NCBI RefSeq assembly: GCF_006345805.1
Contig: NC_043000.1
Location: 69,626,001-69,690,000, forward strand
DNA length: 64,000 nt
Direction of reading: 5' to 3'
From: Octopus sinensis
Lineage: Eukaryota
Shown: positions 13,032 to 26,699 of the stretch, one piece after another
How positions within the stretch are numbered: position 1 is the stretch's first letter
Layout of the letters: every line of letters begins with the position of its first letter
Position numbers and translations under genes: made by a program
The notes under the pieces: model-generated
Told to the model about the DNA's origin: nothing
The model's database searches: none
The model's input: the letters and a program-made list of their open reading frames with translations, nothing else

Positions 13032-13869
13032 CACTGTGTCATGTTTCGCAATTTCATCTTCGAATGTATATTTCAGTTTATTGCTCGTGCAAATATATAT
13101 CTATAAAGTACATATTTTTGGCTAGCAAAATGTTTAAAAGCATTTAGCCCGTATTTACACTGTGAGTTCAAATACCACCGAGGTGGGACTTGCCTTTTAT
13201 CATTTCGGGCTCAATAAAATAAGTACCACTTGAGTGCATCGTTCTCCTTATTTACTTAAAAACTGGTATAAAAGTTCTCATTGTTCCTGAGGAGATTGAA
13301 TGGAATACTACTTTGTGTCTTCATATCTGTATACGTAAAGAAAGAGAATGTACTAAAACAAGAACTGAAATCTGCATCTTTTAACCTTCATAGTTTGTTG
13401 TAGTACTCTGCGTGAGGTTGTGGAGTAAATGCTGTTGTTCAGCGCTAAGTATAATCTTCTTTTGCATGTTTATTGTAGAACATGTTACACAAGGTAAGTA
13501 CATATAATTGAGACGAAATCTTTATTCGAGTATAAAGGATTGTTTATGAACATCCACTCGAATTCAAAACTGCTAAATATGCTAGAGGTATGATTAATAG
13601 CAATTTTTTATTGAATTATTTCTAAGATGCCATAGTAAGAAAAGATGTTTGCAAGCAATGTTATCCTTTTACTTTTAAGATCGTCAGTCATTGGACTGTT
13701 ACAATGTTACGGCACAACATTCAAGGTTTATAATTGATTATATCGACATCAGTAATTTAAGTAATACTTATTCACACCAAGCTGATATACACAATCCATA
13801 AGTTTATACGTACATACTTACATACGTACATACATACATAATACATACACACATGCTTTTATATCCTTG

Positions 13870-16800
13870 TACTGTATATATAATATAACAAAGTGGGGGG
13901 AGAAAGTATATACACGACGCACTACTATAACTATTACGGCTAACAGTGAACTGCTACAAACAAGAACGCCAATCACTTACAGTTCTTTGTTTTACAACAA
14001 TGAGTCAATCCATCTTTTAGTCACCTGAGGAGCTGTCGGAATCCTTTCACAACATCTCCCCCCTTTTAGAATCAGTCTCCCTATCATCTCCCCTTTTGAG
14101 AATTGAGCTCCGCTCAAAGCTTTAATATCTCTTACGCTTGGGGTTGAATTCTAGTGTTTCCGTTTTTTTCCGTTTCCTGGTGCTAGAAAGTGTAGTTTCA
14201 AATTGTTTGGGTGTTGGTACCTCAAACACGTCGTACAATACTTCCATGAGGATATCATTTCTCGTGGCTGTTTTTTCCGTGAATCTTTTTTTAAGTTGGT
14301 TAATGTGTCTTTTGTATTCGTCATTTTCCCCCTTTAACCAAGAATATCATCCTTCCAATTTGTTTAATGACTAGACCGTCCACCCAGCTTTCTTTACCAT
14401 ATCTATTGGTTAAAAAAAAAACTTTGTCACCTAACTTGAAGAATGTTGAAGTATTTTTGTTGTTTGCCTTTTTCCCTAGGTATCAGCTTATCAAAAACGG
14501 ATCTGACCTTTCTGGCAAACATCAATTCTGCGGGTAACATTCCCAACTGTGTATTTAGATTGGGTGTTACTCGGTATATTCTTAGAAATTGTTGACGTGC
14601 AAAATCATCCATCACTTCATTTTTCGCCTTTTCAACGCTCTCTTGAAAGTGTCAACAAAATGCGCCGCTTGTCCATTTGACCTAGGATGATACGGCAGAG
14701 TGGTGACATGTTCGATGACAAGCATTTTACAAAGTTTTCTGAACTCGCCTGACGTGAATTGAGTTCCATTATCCGACACAATGGTATCCGAAATACCATA
14801 CCTGGCGAACAATTCGTGTAAAAAGCATATTGTAACTGCAGATGTCGGCTTTTTACATTTATGCACTTCCGGCAACTTTGAAAAGCTATCCACCACAAGG
14901 CAATATGATCCCTTCAGTGGACCTGCGTAATCAACATACAGTCTGGCCCATAGAACATCTGTCCATTCATGACATCTGTCGAGAATGGACAGATGAATTT
15001 CCTTTAATAATCGCTTTTGTAATGTGGCTGGCGCTACGACTCTTTGTGCATGCATCAACACATTATCACACAGTGAGAAATGATTTGCATTTGTGTTAGG
15101 CATATTTTTATCTATTTTAGCCCTCAGTATTCCTTTCATTTTTATAATAGATTTATCCTTTTCCGATTTTAATTTTATGTCTTGTAAAGTAACTGGCGGT
15201 TCACGAATGATGTTACACAAAACATTTTTAATTTCTTTCTCCGCTTGCAAAACAGCAATCACAGTATCTTCAAATGGTTCCACATTTTTCGAAATCAGTC
15301 TTGATAGACAATCCTCATGGACTAGTTACCCCAGTATTGTAAAATATTAGCAGTATGGAATTCCTTTTTTTTTTTTACCCAAATATCGATAATAATGGAC
15401 GATGATTATTCTGTAGACGAAAACTTCTACCATGTAAAATTCTGGGAAATTATTTCACTGCAAAAATAATCGCTAGAGCTTTTTTTCGATTTGACTATAA
15501 TTTTTCTCTGCTGCTATCAGAGAACATGAGTCAAGAACCACCGCTATCATGTTACTATTTTTATATTTATGTTGCATAACTGCTCCTATGCCGTACTCAG
15601 AAGCGTCTGAAGCTACAAGAATCTCTACTGCAGGATCAAATTATGCTAACGACAAATCAGACATTAATATTTTTAATATTTCGTCAAACGCCTTTTGAAA
15701 GTTTTCCGATCAATTCCATTTCATATTTTTTTCAGCAATATAATTTTGGTAATAATTTGCGAACCCTAAAACTGATTGTAAGGTCGCTATATTAGTCGGC
15801 GGGGGCATAATTTTTAATTGCGTCTGCCCTCGACGTGTCTGACCGACGTCCATTTCTGTCAATGATTTGTCCTAAATATCTTACTTTTGGTAAGAAAAAT
15901 TAACTCTTTTCTTCACTCACAGTAACGCCGCAATCCCTAATTTTTTCGAATACATATTTTACGTGCTCTACGTGTTGATCCCTGGATTCGCTTTTCACGT
16001 GTATATCATCCGGATATGGAATTGCGAATTCATAACAATCTACTAACATTCAATCCATGACCTTTTGAAAATCGCAGGTTCGGCTTTTAAGTCAAATGGT
16101 AACCTGTTGTATTCATAAAGCCCTTTATGTGTATTAATTGCTAGGTATTTAGAGCATTCATCGTCTACTCTAAATCGTATGTTGGAGCAAATTCATATAT
16201 ATATATATCTTGTGTCTGGAGAGAGTCATACTGCTTTAATGCCTTAATATGTAACACTCTCACCGGTTCAATTTTCACTCATTTATTATTAATATTTTTC
16301 TTTTAAAGAAATTGAACCGGTGCGTTACATTAAGGCAGTATGACTCTCCAGGCACAAAATGTGTGTGTGTGTGTGTGAGATCCAATTTAGAAAATATTTT
16401 ACCATCGTTTGATTTCGCTAAAATTTCCTCCGGAGTAGGTAGCGGATAGTGGCACGTTTTAAGACATTCGTTTAAACCAGTGGCAAAATCAGTACACATT
16501 TCTTAGTGTACACATTAAATTTGAGCATGGTGGAATTATCTCCCTTAGAGCGGTTCCAGTTAAGTCGGGGCCCTTCTTAAATTCCAAAAAAGAGATGTTT
16601 AGGCTGTGCCCTCACCAGAGGAAATTTGTATTGAGAACATGGAATTCCCCGTTTGCCGACAAGGGAAAAGCAGTTGACTATAAGTTGGCCCTTTATAGAC
16701 GTAACGGGAACCTATCTAAAAGGGAAAATTTCTCCACGCTCAAATTTAATTCCAGTAGAATTTCGTTCCAGAATTTTTTGATTACAAAATTAAACGACCC

Positions 16801-16900
16801 TGCGGCCAACGAGTTTGACGAGTTATCTACACTGCTAAATACTTTATAGGTGCGAAACTAATCGTAACTCCCTGACCGGCCGTAAGAAACAACTTCTAAG
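13870..16900 (-). mobile_element. Degenerate Ty3/Gypsy LTR retrotransposon (RT-RNaseH-integrase, PPT and 3' LTR)
   Basis: Integrase ORF 14612-15283 (VDYAGP, VSDNGTQF, YHPRSNG), RNase H remnant VASDASEYGIGAV near 15600, and RT remnants PYPDDI near 16010 and YPLPTPEEI..FSKLDL near 16400. The polypurine tract AAAAGGGGGGAGA at 14055-67 abuts the TGTTG LTR start at 14054. No 5' LTR was found, and the outer boundaries are approximate. Confidence 0.88.
16210..16357. mobile_element. MITE (about 150 bp, long TIRs) inserted into the Gypsy RT
   Basis: TTGTGTCTGGAGAGAGTCATACTGC.. and ..GCAGTATGACTCTCCAGGCACAA are inverted. A second copy lies at 17123-17290. Confidence 0.8.
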
Positions 16901-16988
16901 TATTACTGCTGTAATATTTTAGAGTGTGCTTCTATTCGGATATATGAACTGATATTATATACAAAATATATATGTATATTACGTATAC

Positions 16989-17045
<57 letters not shown>

Positions 17046-17122
17046 TTTTCATATCTGGTTTGCAAGATTCATTATGTGAATTTGTATGGTGGAGCAAGTC
17101 TGTATATATATATATATATATC

Positions 17123-17290
17123 TTGTGCCCGGAGAGGGTCATACTGCTTTAATGCCATAATATATTAATATGTAACATTCTCACTGGTTCACTTTCCACT
17201 CATTTATTATTGATATTTTTCTTTTAAAGAAATTGAACCGGTATGTTGCATATTAAAGCATTAAGGCAGTATGATTCTCTCCAGACACAA
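17123..17290. mobile_element. MITE, second copy of the 16210-16357 family
   Basis: Near-identical sequence and TIRs, flanked by TA/TG microsatellite. Confidence 0.8.
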
Positions 17291-17644
17291 TATATGTGTG
17301 TATGTGTGTGTATAATACATACACACACATTAACAATTAAAGCTATTCATGTTCCATCTTGTTGTGTATCCAAGAATATAAGCTGAATATATCTAAAGCA
17401 TGCTTTTAGTTTCTATAAAAAATGGCAATTAACACAATTTTATAGAAAATCCCTGTTCCAAACCTGCAGCGAATACCATCGTTTGGATTCTTTGAAATAC
17501 CTATCTGGTCTTCAAGGATACATTTTACAAGTAAATTGAGATTATGATTTTCTAGAGTGTTAAGATACATTATCTCAGTTGAAAATTGGGCTGTTATTTG
17601 GAGGAAAGTAACTTATAAATATAATAAAAAGAACCCTTATTCAT

Positions 17645-17691
<47 letters not shown>

Positions 17692-17837
17692 TGAATGTGT
17701 GTGTGTGTGTGTAGTTGTCCTACCACTCCATGACAACCGGTATTGGTTTGTTTATGATTCCCTAACTTAGCAGTTCGGCATTTAAAACCAGCAGACACTC
17801 GTGAGTGTGTGTTTGTGTTTCTGTATGCATGTGGAAA

Positions 17838-18111
17838 AGTGCGACCGCCATAGAAAATATAAATTGATATTAATCAAATTAATATAAATTTTTTACCCTT
17901 ATTTAAATTTAAATAACCCTGTTCTCTAACCGGCAGGCTTCGATGCAGAGAATTTTTTTCTGCAGAGTCATTTCCGGCTCTGGCGCGCAAAAAACGAAGA
18001 CATTTGAAATATACCCCTAAATATAATTGACAGAACTGTATGCATGTTCTTTTTCGTGTGGACGTCTCGTGTACGGTTCTGCAAATTATATTTTCTATGA
18101 CGGTCGCACTG
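17838..18111. mobile_element. MITE with about 28-bp TIRs (Tc1-type CAGTG end)
   Basis: AGTGCGACCGCCATAGAAAATATAAATT versus AAATTATATTTTCTATGACGGTCGCACTG. Confidence 0.7.
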
Positions 18112-18632
18112 ATGATTTTCAGGCATTTACGTATGTAAATATGTATATGGTAACTCTGAAACCTGGTATGTGACTAATCATTATATTTTGTATCTTTTCA
18201 TTTGTCTTGCTCGCTTACGTTCTAGCGTTTGCCGAAATTTCTTGAGAACAATTTTTTCTTAGTGGTCAGACCATTTCGAGTCTACATTTAGCATATTGGA
18301 TGTCCACCTGGTGGTCACCCCTCTTATATGCATTCATATATATATATATATAATTATATAAAATCAAAATAAGCAACAGTATATCAAGAGGTGATGCAGT
18401 ACGACCGTTTTAAGCGGCTCCATTTAATTGAACAATGCAATCATTACATCAATTTAAATGTAGGTCTATCCTCAGCTACATAAATTAATAGAATTTTCAA
18501 TCAGTTGGACACATTAATATAATTTTACTCAAATTCTGTAACAGAGTAATAAGTCCTGAGGTCGATTTGCTCGACTAAAGGCGGTGCTCGAGCATGACCG
18601 CAGTCAAATGACTGAAACAAGCAAAAGTATAT

Positions 18633-18735
<103 letters not shown>

Positions 18736-18935
18736 CGCACAGGGTATTGCAGAAGTGCAAAATTCTGTATAAAGTTATGAAGAAAGGAAACACGTACAAT
18801 GCTCATTTATTTTTGTCAAAAAATTAAACGTTACGATAAATGTATTATTATTATGTTTAATGAGACTGAAAATTTCAAAAATGAGGCTAACTAATTTCAT
18901 GTACTAATGATTTTAATGAAATAAGTATTATAACA

Positions 18936-18974
<39 letters not shown>

Positions 18975-18978
<4 letters not shown>

Positions 18979-19390
18979 AGGTTGCCGCTGAAATTCAGCT
19001 GCAAGCTCCTCCTTGTTACGCCAATATTGACTAATAAATCTTGGCCTTCTGTAATATATAAGATGTCTTGGTATAACTTTGTTATTCATATACTGAGCTC
19101 ATATTTTGAATAGACTGAGCTATTGTGGTGTATGTGTCATTGAGAGTTTTATTATAAGGGAGCTATAAGTGCCCATGTTATCGAACTATAAAATAAATTT
19201 GATTCAGCTGCTGCTCTGAAGAAGTGTATTTTAGTTTTTCGGGTTCCATAGTTTATCCAGAGAGTTAAGCACACTGCATGCTTTGTTAATCCTGATTTCC
19301 ATATCAGGGTTAATATATTAAGAATATGGAGGTATGACTTCCAAAGTATTTGTTGTTCTATACTTTTGGGATCACTTCTCCATTCAGAGA
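18975..19390 (-). mobile_element. Degenerate RTE-like LINE fragment
   Basis: TKIHFFRAAAESNLFYSSITWAL resembles the RTE motif K.RLF.A.V.S.LLYG.ETW. Boundaries are approximate. Confidence 0.5.
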
Positions 19391-19546
19391 GTGCGAGCTT
19401 CCCCTTCCACACCCTAACACAAATACACGCACGTATATATATATATATAATATATATATATATTATATATATATATATTATATATATATATATATATTAT
19501 ATATATATATATATATGTATAAGGGTGTAAAGGAACACACGAGTTG

Positions 19547-20013
19547 ATATATATGAAAAAACAAGTCAAAAATAGAAAATGCTAAGATAATTTTATAGTG
19601 AATCTTTCAGTACCGGTTTCGGTCATTTTGAGACCTTTTCAACTGTAACGATTAAATAATTAAATTTAGAAAAATTAGAAGAAAAGTTTTTTTAAAAGAA
19701 TATTTCTATAGTAGTGTTCAGATATAAGTAGCATTCTGCCTTTCTCTGACTCTCTTGTTTGCACTTGTGTGTTCGAGGTCGAACACACAAACGACCTCGA
19801 ACACACAAGTGCAAACAAGGGAGTCAGAGAAAGGCAGAATGCTACTTATATCTGAACACTACTATAGAAATATTCTTTTAAAAAAACTGTTCTTCTAATT
19901 TTTCTAAATTTAATTATTTAATCGTTACAGTTGAAAAGGTTTCAAAATGACCGAAACCGGTACTGAAAGATTCACTATAAAATTATCTTAGCATTTTCTA
20001 TTTTTGACTTGTT

Positions 20014-20024
<11 letters not shown>
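19547..20024. repeat. Near-perfect palindrome of about 480 bp (arms about 235 bp, 10-nt loop) carrying a minimal hammerhead motif on each strand
   Basis: 19547-19781 is the reverse complement of 19792-20024 with only a handful of differences. Flanked by (TA)n. Confidence 0.93.
19928..19965 (+). ncRNA. Minimal type I hammerhead ribozyme motif (U3-A8 variant, Penelope pLTR type)
   Basis: CAG-TTGAAAA-GGTT-tcaaaat-GACC-GAAA-CCGG-TA-CTG: short stem I, stem II, palindromic stem III and a GUA cleavage triplet. The mirror copy at about 19608-19645 on the minus strand has a perfect GGTC/GACC stem II. Confidence 0.55.
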
Positions 20025-20064
<40 letters not shown>

Positions 20065-20137
20065 CATGTTTGTATGTATGTTTAATATTTCAGTGTATGG
20101 AGGTTATAACTTTATCACTTTCTGCCTGCCTTCTCCT

Positions 20138-20182
<45 letters not shown>

Positions 20183-21267
20183 CATATCGAATTATTGCCA
20201 TAAATGAAAATGACAATAAAATTACTATTTCGATCCTGTTTATACTAGAAACCTACAATCACTATGATTCATTTTCTCTCCGAAATTGTTAATTGTTCCG
20301 AAAATAGATGCTAACGCCCTAAGTTAAGAGCATAAGGAAATAAGGAACACAAACGACATTACTACATCAATACAGTAGGTGTTTTCCACTTTCTCATCCA
20401 TTGCCTGTTTCTCGTTCCGTCAATATTGTGAAATCGGAAGCACATGTAGCTGAAATACTTGTAGTCTACCCTCAACATATTATGTAAACAATTGCTGTTT
20501 TCCGACTAAGCGAACATGTCAAGAGAATGTGAACGGAAACAATTTCCGTTTTCCCACCGTTTGCTGAGAGAAACAATTAATTCATATTTGTCCATAAATT
20601 CTCCCACGGTTTTACATATATTAATTTCTTGTTTCATCAACTAGACAATTCTTTGTTTCGTCTTCCGGTGAATATTTCGCAATAAAATTCATTTAAGTAA
20701 TTTGTTCGCTAAAATATTTGGAGTAGCTAGGATTAACCTTGTACATATTTGAAGATGAATGAGTGAAAATATTCAGTAAGAAACATCTTTGAATATATAT
20801 TTTTTAAATGAACAAAAATTAAATAATACATAATTCAACGCCATGTTACGCAGCTTTTTTGTTCTGAAAAATATTTCGTATAATATTTTGATAAAATGTG
20901 GGTATTTCCAATATAAAGTTTACCCTTAAAATCTATTTTGTTAGAAAAACCACATTTAATACAGAGTCTAGGAATATCTTATTCTAATTGATATTTCAAG
21001 AACTTTCTGTAAGGATTCTATATCTGCTGAATACCATGCTTAGACAAATTTAAATATACCTAACAAATGTATTTGAACTGCTATATTTGTCTTAGAATTT
21101 GAACGAACCACCTATCCCCTCCCTTTTCTCTACACTAACAACAATATGTGCATACAACACCATGTCTCTTCCTCTCTAGCTCGTCTCCATAAAACGGCAT
21201 TCCCATCCGACCCCAAAATATTTCTTCTTCTTCTTCTTCTTCTTCTTTCCACCCTCCCTTCATTTTT

Positions 21268-21310
21268 TATCTGATGAAGGAAAGGGCTAGCATCCGAAAG
21301 GTTAAAGACC
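21268..21310 (+). ncRNA. Degenerate minimal hammerhead motif (Penelope terminal-repeat remnant)
   Basis: CTGATGA-A-GGA-aagggctagca-TCC-GAAA-GGTTAAAGA. Core boxes and stem II are present, but stems I and III are weak. Confidence 0.4.
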
Positions 21311-22724
21311 ATTTCCCATTCCCTTCAATCGCTATACTGATAACACTTTTGTTAAAATGTCTCCCTCTTTTTGTGATTTTCTTGTTTTTACTCATTCATC
21401 ATATGCATATATATATATTCTCACACAATAGTCGTAAGTATGCATGATATTGGAACTTGGACGACGATTCCACTAAATGTTTTCGGTATATATGAAAGAA
21501 AGAGTATACATAGTCATCCCATCCTTAACTCAGCTAAACGTCGACAGTACAACAGCAAGAGAGAGAGAGGCGGGGGAGAGAGAGAGATGTAGAAGCACTC
21601 GGCTGTTGTTCATTTTTTACATTTTCAGTTGAATATACTGGAGCAACGTGAATGTAGCGTTTTGCGGAAGGACACAAAGCATTTCTGGAATGGGAGACAC
21701 TATCCTAGCTCCTTAACCACTGAGAGACACGCATTCATGTGCAGGTGCGAGTGTATAGTGCAGTATATGGAGCACGAAATATTACCACTGTTTATAATTC
21801 CATGTGTTCATTTATAGTTTGGAAGAAGAAGCAAAACAAAAATGAAGATACGTTTATTCATTATATTTTTACACGTATTTACATTTATACAACATTTATG
21901 TAAAAATGTACCTTAAAATCAAATCCCATCGACAAGCATGAGACCTTCTATGATAAATGAAACGTTAGTCTCGAAACAGTTCATAATATATTTGTGCAAA
22001 TGTCTATATACATATAATTGTGTACGTTAACTTTATACATACACGCATAAATACATGCACAACAGTACATGCGTACATTCACAAATATATATTACATATA
22101 TACCCAAACACACATATGCATGTATACATGTATATGTGTGTGTATGCGTACAAATATATATCATAATTAATTTACAAAGCACTCTCAGGTATCCACCTGT
22201 GTGGATAAATACATCAGTACATGCTACATACGTAACATGCATAACATGCATCTGTGTTTGTGTATGTGTGTACGGATATGCATGTATAGAAAGGTTAAAA
22301 TATGAATGTAAAAAAGATAAAAATAATGCTTATTTGGAAACAAGAACAACAGGGAGAAAAGATAAAGGTAGATGGGCAGAAAACTGGGCACGTCAAAAAC
22401 TTCGCGTGCTTAGGACGAATAATAAATAGGGAACGTCGCTACGAAGACATTATATATGGAGATGCGTATGTATATATGAGTGTATGTATATGTATAAATA
22501 TACATATGTATATATGTATACAAATATATATGTATATATATGATTTTATGCATACATCCATCCATACATGCATACATACATACCTACATACATACATACA
22601 TATACATATTTAATATTGTATCTATATATTTTATTAATTTGCCTCTACGGCTGATAATTAACTTACCACTCGTGATGGTATTTTAATAATACCATCCCTA
22701 TATATATATATATATATATATATA

Positions 22725-25136
22725 CACTAAGAGACAGAGACAGAATAAGAAAGAGGCCCAACAACTCGGAATTAAACCCGCATGTGACCTACGTAAGCTC
22801 ATTCAGCGCACGAGAAACGGAGAGGTGGTATGCCTTCCCACAGATAAGTCCGACAGGATATCAATAGACAGCTTACCGAACTACATCCAGGCAATGCAAC
22901 CTCATATCGCCAATACGAAAGTAACAACTTTACAGGCGCATGAGGAGAGAGAAAATGTCCTCAACGCCCACATGATGATGTGGACAATTGTTCTGGAACC
23001 CAAGAAACGCGCAGCTAACAATTTCCAAGCCTGGAACAACGATATGCCGACACTGTATGGACTTCGCAAGGACCATAAAGTAACCACTAACAACTGCAGC
23101 TGGACCACCAACAAGACCAGTCTGTGGAGCGAATATCGCTAGCAACCACAGGATCTCCTACTTCTTCTCAATGATCATACGCCCTATAATCCGGATGTCA
23201 CCTGATGTTTGTGACAGCACGGAAGATCTCCTCAGCAGGATCAACAACTGTAACAACACTTGCGACCTGACAGGATGTATGGTGGGTAGCATGGAGGTGG
23301 TATCCCTATACCCATCGATCGACGTGGATTTTGCGGTGGAGAAGTGCGTGGAGATGATCAACGATAGCGATGTGGAGTTCCACAATGTCAACACAGAGGA
23401 ACTGGGCCTCCTACTTAGACTGACACATGACAACGAATACCTAGATAAACATAATCATAGTAGTTTCTGCCCCAGTAGACGTGTAAGAGGTAGGCCACCC
23501 ACAATTACTTCTATGCCTAGGAAGACCCATATAGAGAGATGAAGCGGATGGACCAGAGACATACGGACCCCTGCAAGTGTCCATCAGGTAAAGAAAATGA
23601 TTGCACATGCACTAGGAGCTGGTATAAGAGTTACCCTAAAAGGCCACACGTTTAAGTTTAACAATAAAATATATGCCCAGGACGAGGGGGCAGCCATCGG
23701 CGTTAGTATCGCCGGTAAAATGGCCAACCTTTTCATGGTATGGTGGGACAGAAGGCTTAGGGAACACCTAACAGAGAACTCCATACTCGTGAACATGTAC
23801 TCTCGCTATGTTGATGATATCAACATAGTGGTAAAGGCACCCCCACAAGAGAATACTCTTGAAATAGAAATAGAAACTAATACTATGGAGAGCATCCAGC
23901 AAATAGCTAACTCCATCCACCAGAGTACTAAGGTCACGATAGACTACCCTACTAAACACCCTAACCATAGACTACCAGTACTAGACACAGAACTCTGGTT
24001 AGAAACTGAGAATAATAAAACCCAAATCTTTCATTCGTACTATGCCAAACCTATGGCCTCCAAATACTTGATCCACCGGAACTCAGCTATCGCGGACAAT
24101 GCCAAATTCAATATTTTGATGGCAGGCCTTGTCAGAATAATGCGAAATGTGTCCTGCATGTACGAGCCTACAGAGTTAAAGAGACACATACAACATTTCG
24201 TTCACCGCATGCAGTTCTCAGGTTACAGCCATAAAGAAAGGATCAGAGTATACAAAGGAGCCATGAAGAAATTCGATACTATCTTATGTAATGATAGGAA
24301 TGGGATTTGCTCACTCTATAGGAGCAAGTCATGGAACACTATTGAAAGGACAAAGAAGAAAATAGGGATGGCCAACTCTTGGTATGATAGCCACAAATAC
24401 CTGAGTGTCATGTTAGTCGATACCACCCCTAGAAGGGCCTTAGACAAACTTAAGCTGGGGATTAAGGTTGTTGAAAGGCCAGGCAGCCCTATCAAATCCA
24501 TAATCGGTAGAACCTACCCTTTTTTGTAGAATCCCCTGTACGGATAGGAACTGTACTGAGTGTAGATTTAGCCCACAAACAAACTGTAAAGCCAGAAATG
24601 TAGTCTATAGTATAAGATGTATAGAAGGACGATGCAGTAACAAAACAACGACATACGTAGGGGAAACAGCACGGAGCATAGGAAAGCGGGTAAATGAAAA
24701 TTTGAGAGAACTTAAGGAAGGAAAGAGCTCATCGGTTCTGTACCAACACACCGAGCAGGAACACGGGGGCTTAATCAAAAACATAGAAGTTAAAATCTTG
24801 TCCACACATAGAACAGGCGCAACAATCAGACAAATTACGGAAGCTACACACATAATAGAAGATAAACCTAGCCTGAATAGGAAACTGGAATGGAACACTA
24901 GCACACACCACAGCATATGATAGAAGATCCCGATAAACTGGTTGCGATATAAACAGAACTGAAAACTGAAAACATAATAAAATAAAATACACAGATAAAT
25001 AAACAAATGGAAGTAAACAGCTATATACATTTTTTAAAAATATTACTATTATTATTATTATACATACATACATACATACATACATACATACGTACGTACG
25101 TACATACATACATACATAATAATAATAATAATAATA

Positions 25137-25178
<42 letters not shown>

Positions 25179-25500
25179 TAATAATGATAATAATAATAAT
25201 AATAAGTAGGTGTAAACACATGAACAAAATAAAAATAAACAAAAACAAAAACACGAAAAAAACAAATTACACAAACTATATAAACAGGAGATACAAATAT
25301 TACAGGCTCTCCCCCCACACAATAACTAAACATAGACACACATAGAGATATACGCATGCACAAATGAAGACACATACAATAGAAAAACAAAATACAAACT
25401 GGCTGACCGCTAGTAAGGAGAGACACACAAATAAGAAAGAAGAAAGCAAAGGACCACTGATGCGGTCACAGGAGTGTGACGAAAGAACTCTGGCCTAAAT
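22725..25500 (+). mobile_element. Penelope-like retroelement (RT + GIY-YIG endonuclease), 5'-truncated and lightly disrupted
   Basis: ORFs 23171-23542 (SMEVVSLYPSID) and 23597-24529 (GAAIG, SRYVDDI, LPVLD), then GIY-YIG VYSIRC..TYVGETARSIGKRVNE at about 24600-24920, a microsatellite-rich 3' region and a terminal hammerhead motif. Confidence 0.9.
25451..25495 (+). ncRNA. Hammerhead ribozyme motif at the 3' end of the Penelope element (A9 position appears mutated to C)
   Basis: CCA-CTGATGCG-GTCACA-ggag-TGTGAC-GAAA-GAAC-TC-TGG: perfect 6-bp stem II, stem I CCA/TGG and a CUC triplet. Confidence 0.6.
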
Positions 25501-25979
25501 AAGATTAAGATTAATGTAAAAAAAAATAAATAACGCTGAAGCAAATGTTTTCTTTAAATTTGTATCATATTTTTTAATTTACGTTTTAAAGAATATAACT
25601 CAATTAGTAGTTAATGTATGATAAGCGTTAATAATCACGAAGAAAAAGAAGACATGAATATAAAAGTGTGATGCAACAAGAACCAAAGCTGTACAAAGTA
25701 TCACATAATTAGCTAAGCATGAGTTAAAATGAATTTTGTACTTAAACATTATTCAAACTTCAAAATATATCGTTTCCTTTGAAAGATAAATAGAGTGTAT
25801 GAAATATACTTGTTTGAAAATAAATATGATATATAAAATGGTGATGAGAGTAACAGCAACAATACTGACAGTAATAATAATTTTAAGTAGTACGCTGCGA
25901 AATAGTATAAGATAGAGAAATGAGGAGACGGTGGAAAAGATGCGTTATGAGGAGTTGGTGGGCGAATTTATGAATATTC

Positions 25980-26322
25980 TTTTACTTGTTTTAGTTATTT
26001 CACTGCGGCCATGCTGGAGTACTGCATTGAGGGATTTTAGTCGAACAAATCGCCCCCAAGACTTAGTTTTTAAGCCTAGCACTTATTCTACCAGTCTCTT
26101 TTGTTGATCCACTAAGTTACGGGGACGTAAACACCTCAACAGTGGTTGCCAAGCAGTGATGGTGCGACAAACATAGACTGAGACACTCCCACACACATAT
26201 ATACGACGGGCTTCTTTCAGGAGGTTTTGGTTGAAACCTCCTGAACCCGGAAACATGCGACTGAACCCGGAAACATGCGGTTGGGAAGCAAGCTTCTTAC
26301 CACACGGTCACGCTTGCGCCTA
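25980..26322 (-). mobile_element. tRNA-derived SINE (octopus-type family)
   Basis: Minus-strand head GGCGCAAGCGTGACCGTGTGGTAAGAAGCTTGCTTCCCAACC..GGGTTCA and tail ..CCAGCATGGCCGCAGTG..AAACAAGTAAA. Fragments of the same family lie at about 18550-18625 and 31513-31605. Confidence 0.75.
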
Positions 26323-26479
26323 ACTAATATGTTATTAACGGAACCGTAGGAGCATGGTAGGAGATAAATTGAAGGTGATGAATAATGATTTAGAAATAGT
26401 AATTTTCTAATTTATAAGTCAGTAACTAGTTGTCACTTTGAAAACTATATATTTCGAACGGGAATTTGGCAGCGCCACC

Positions 26480-26699
26480 TCTAGCTGAGCAATTATGCCG
26501 TGCTGATGAAGAGAAATAATCCAGAAATCGAGATATACACAGAAATTCTTTTGAGCTGAGTGGGAGTGCTACCTTCCCTTGTTCGAAAATATAAGGACAC
26601 AGATCATGTCGTATAGCCAACTGGAGACGATGTCTCCTCGGGCTAAATTACAGTCCTAAACTAGGACTGCCATGTTATGTTGGCAAACAATCTTTACTA
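26480..26699 (+). repeat. Hammerhead-containing interspersed repeat related to the 38568-39040 unit; a second copy lies at 57145-57410 on the minus strand
   Basis: GTG-CTGATGA-agagaaataatcca-GAAA-tcgagatata-CAC, followed by CCCTT..ATAAGGACACAGA..GCCAACTGGAGACGATGTCTCCTCGGGCTAAA. These downstream blocks are shared with the 38568 unit. Confidence 0.7.

Noticed and set aside
26466-26487. CTCF-like motif (AGGTGGCGCTG on the minus strand)
   Set aside because: Only half of the consensus matches and it lies at the edge of a repeat.
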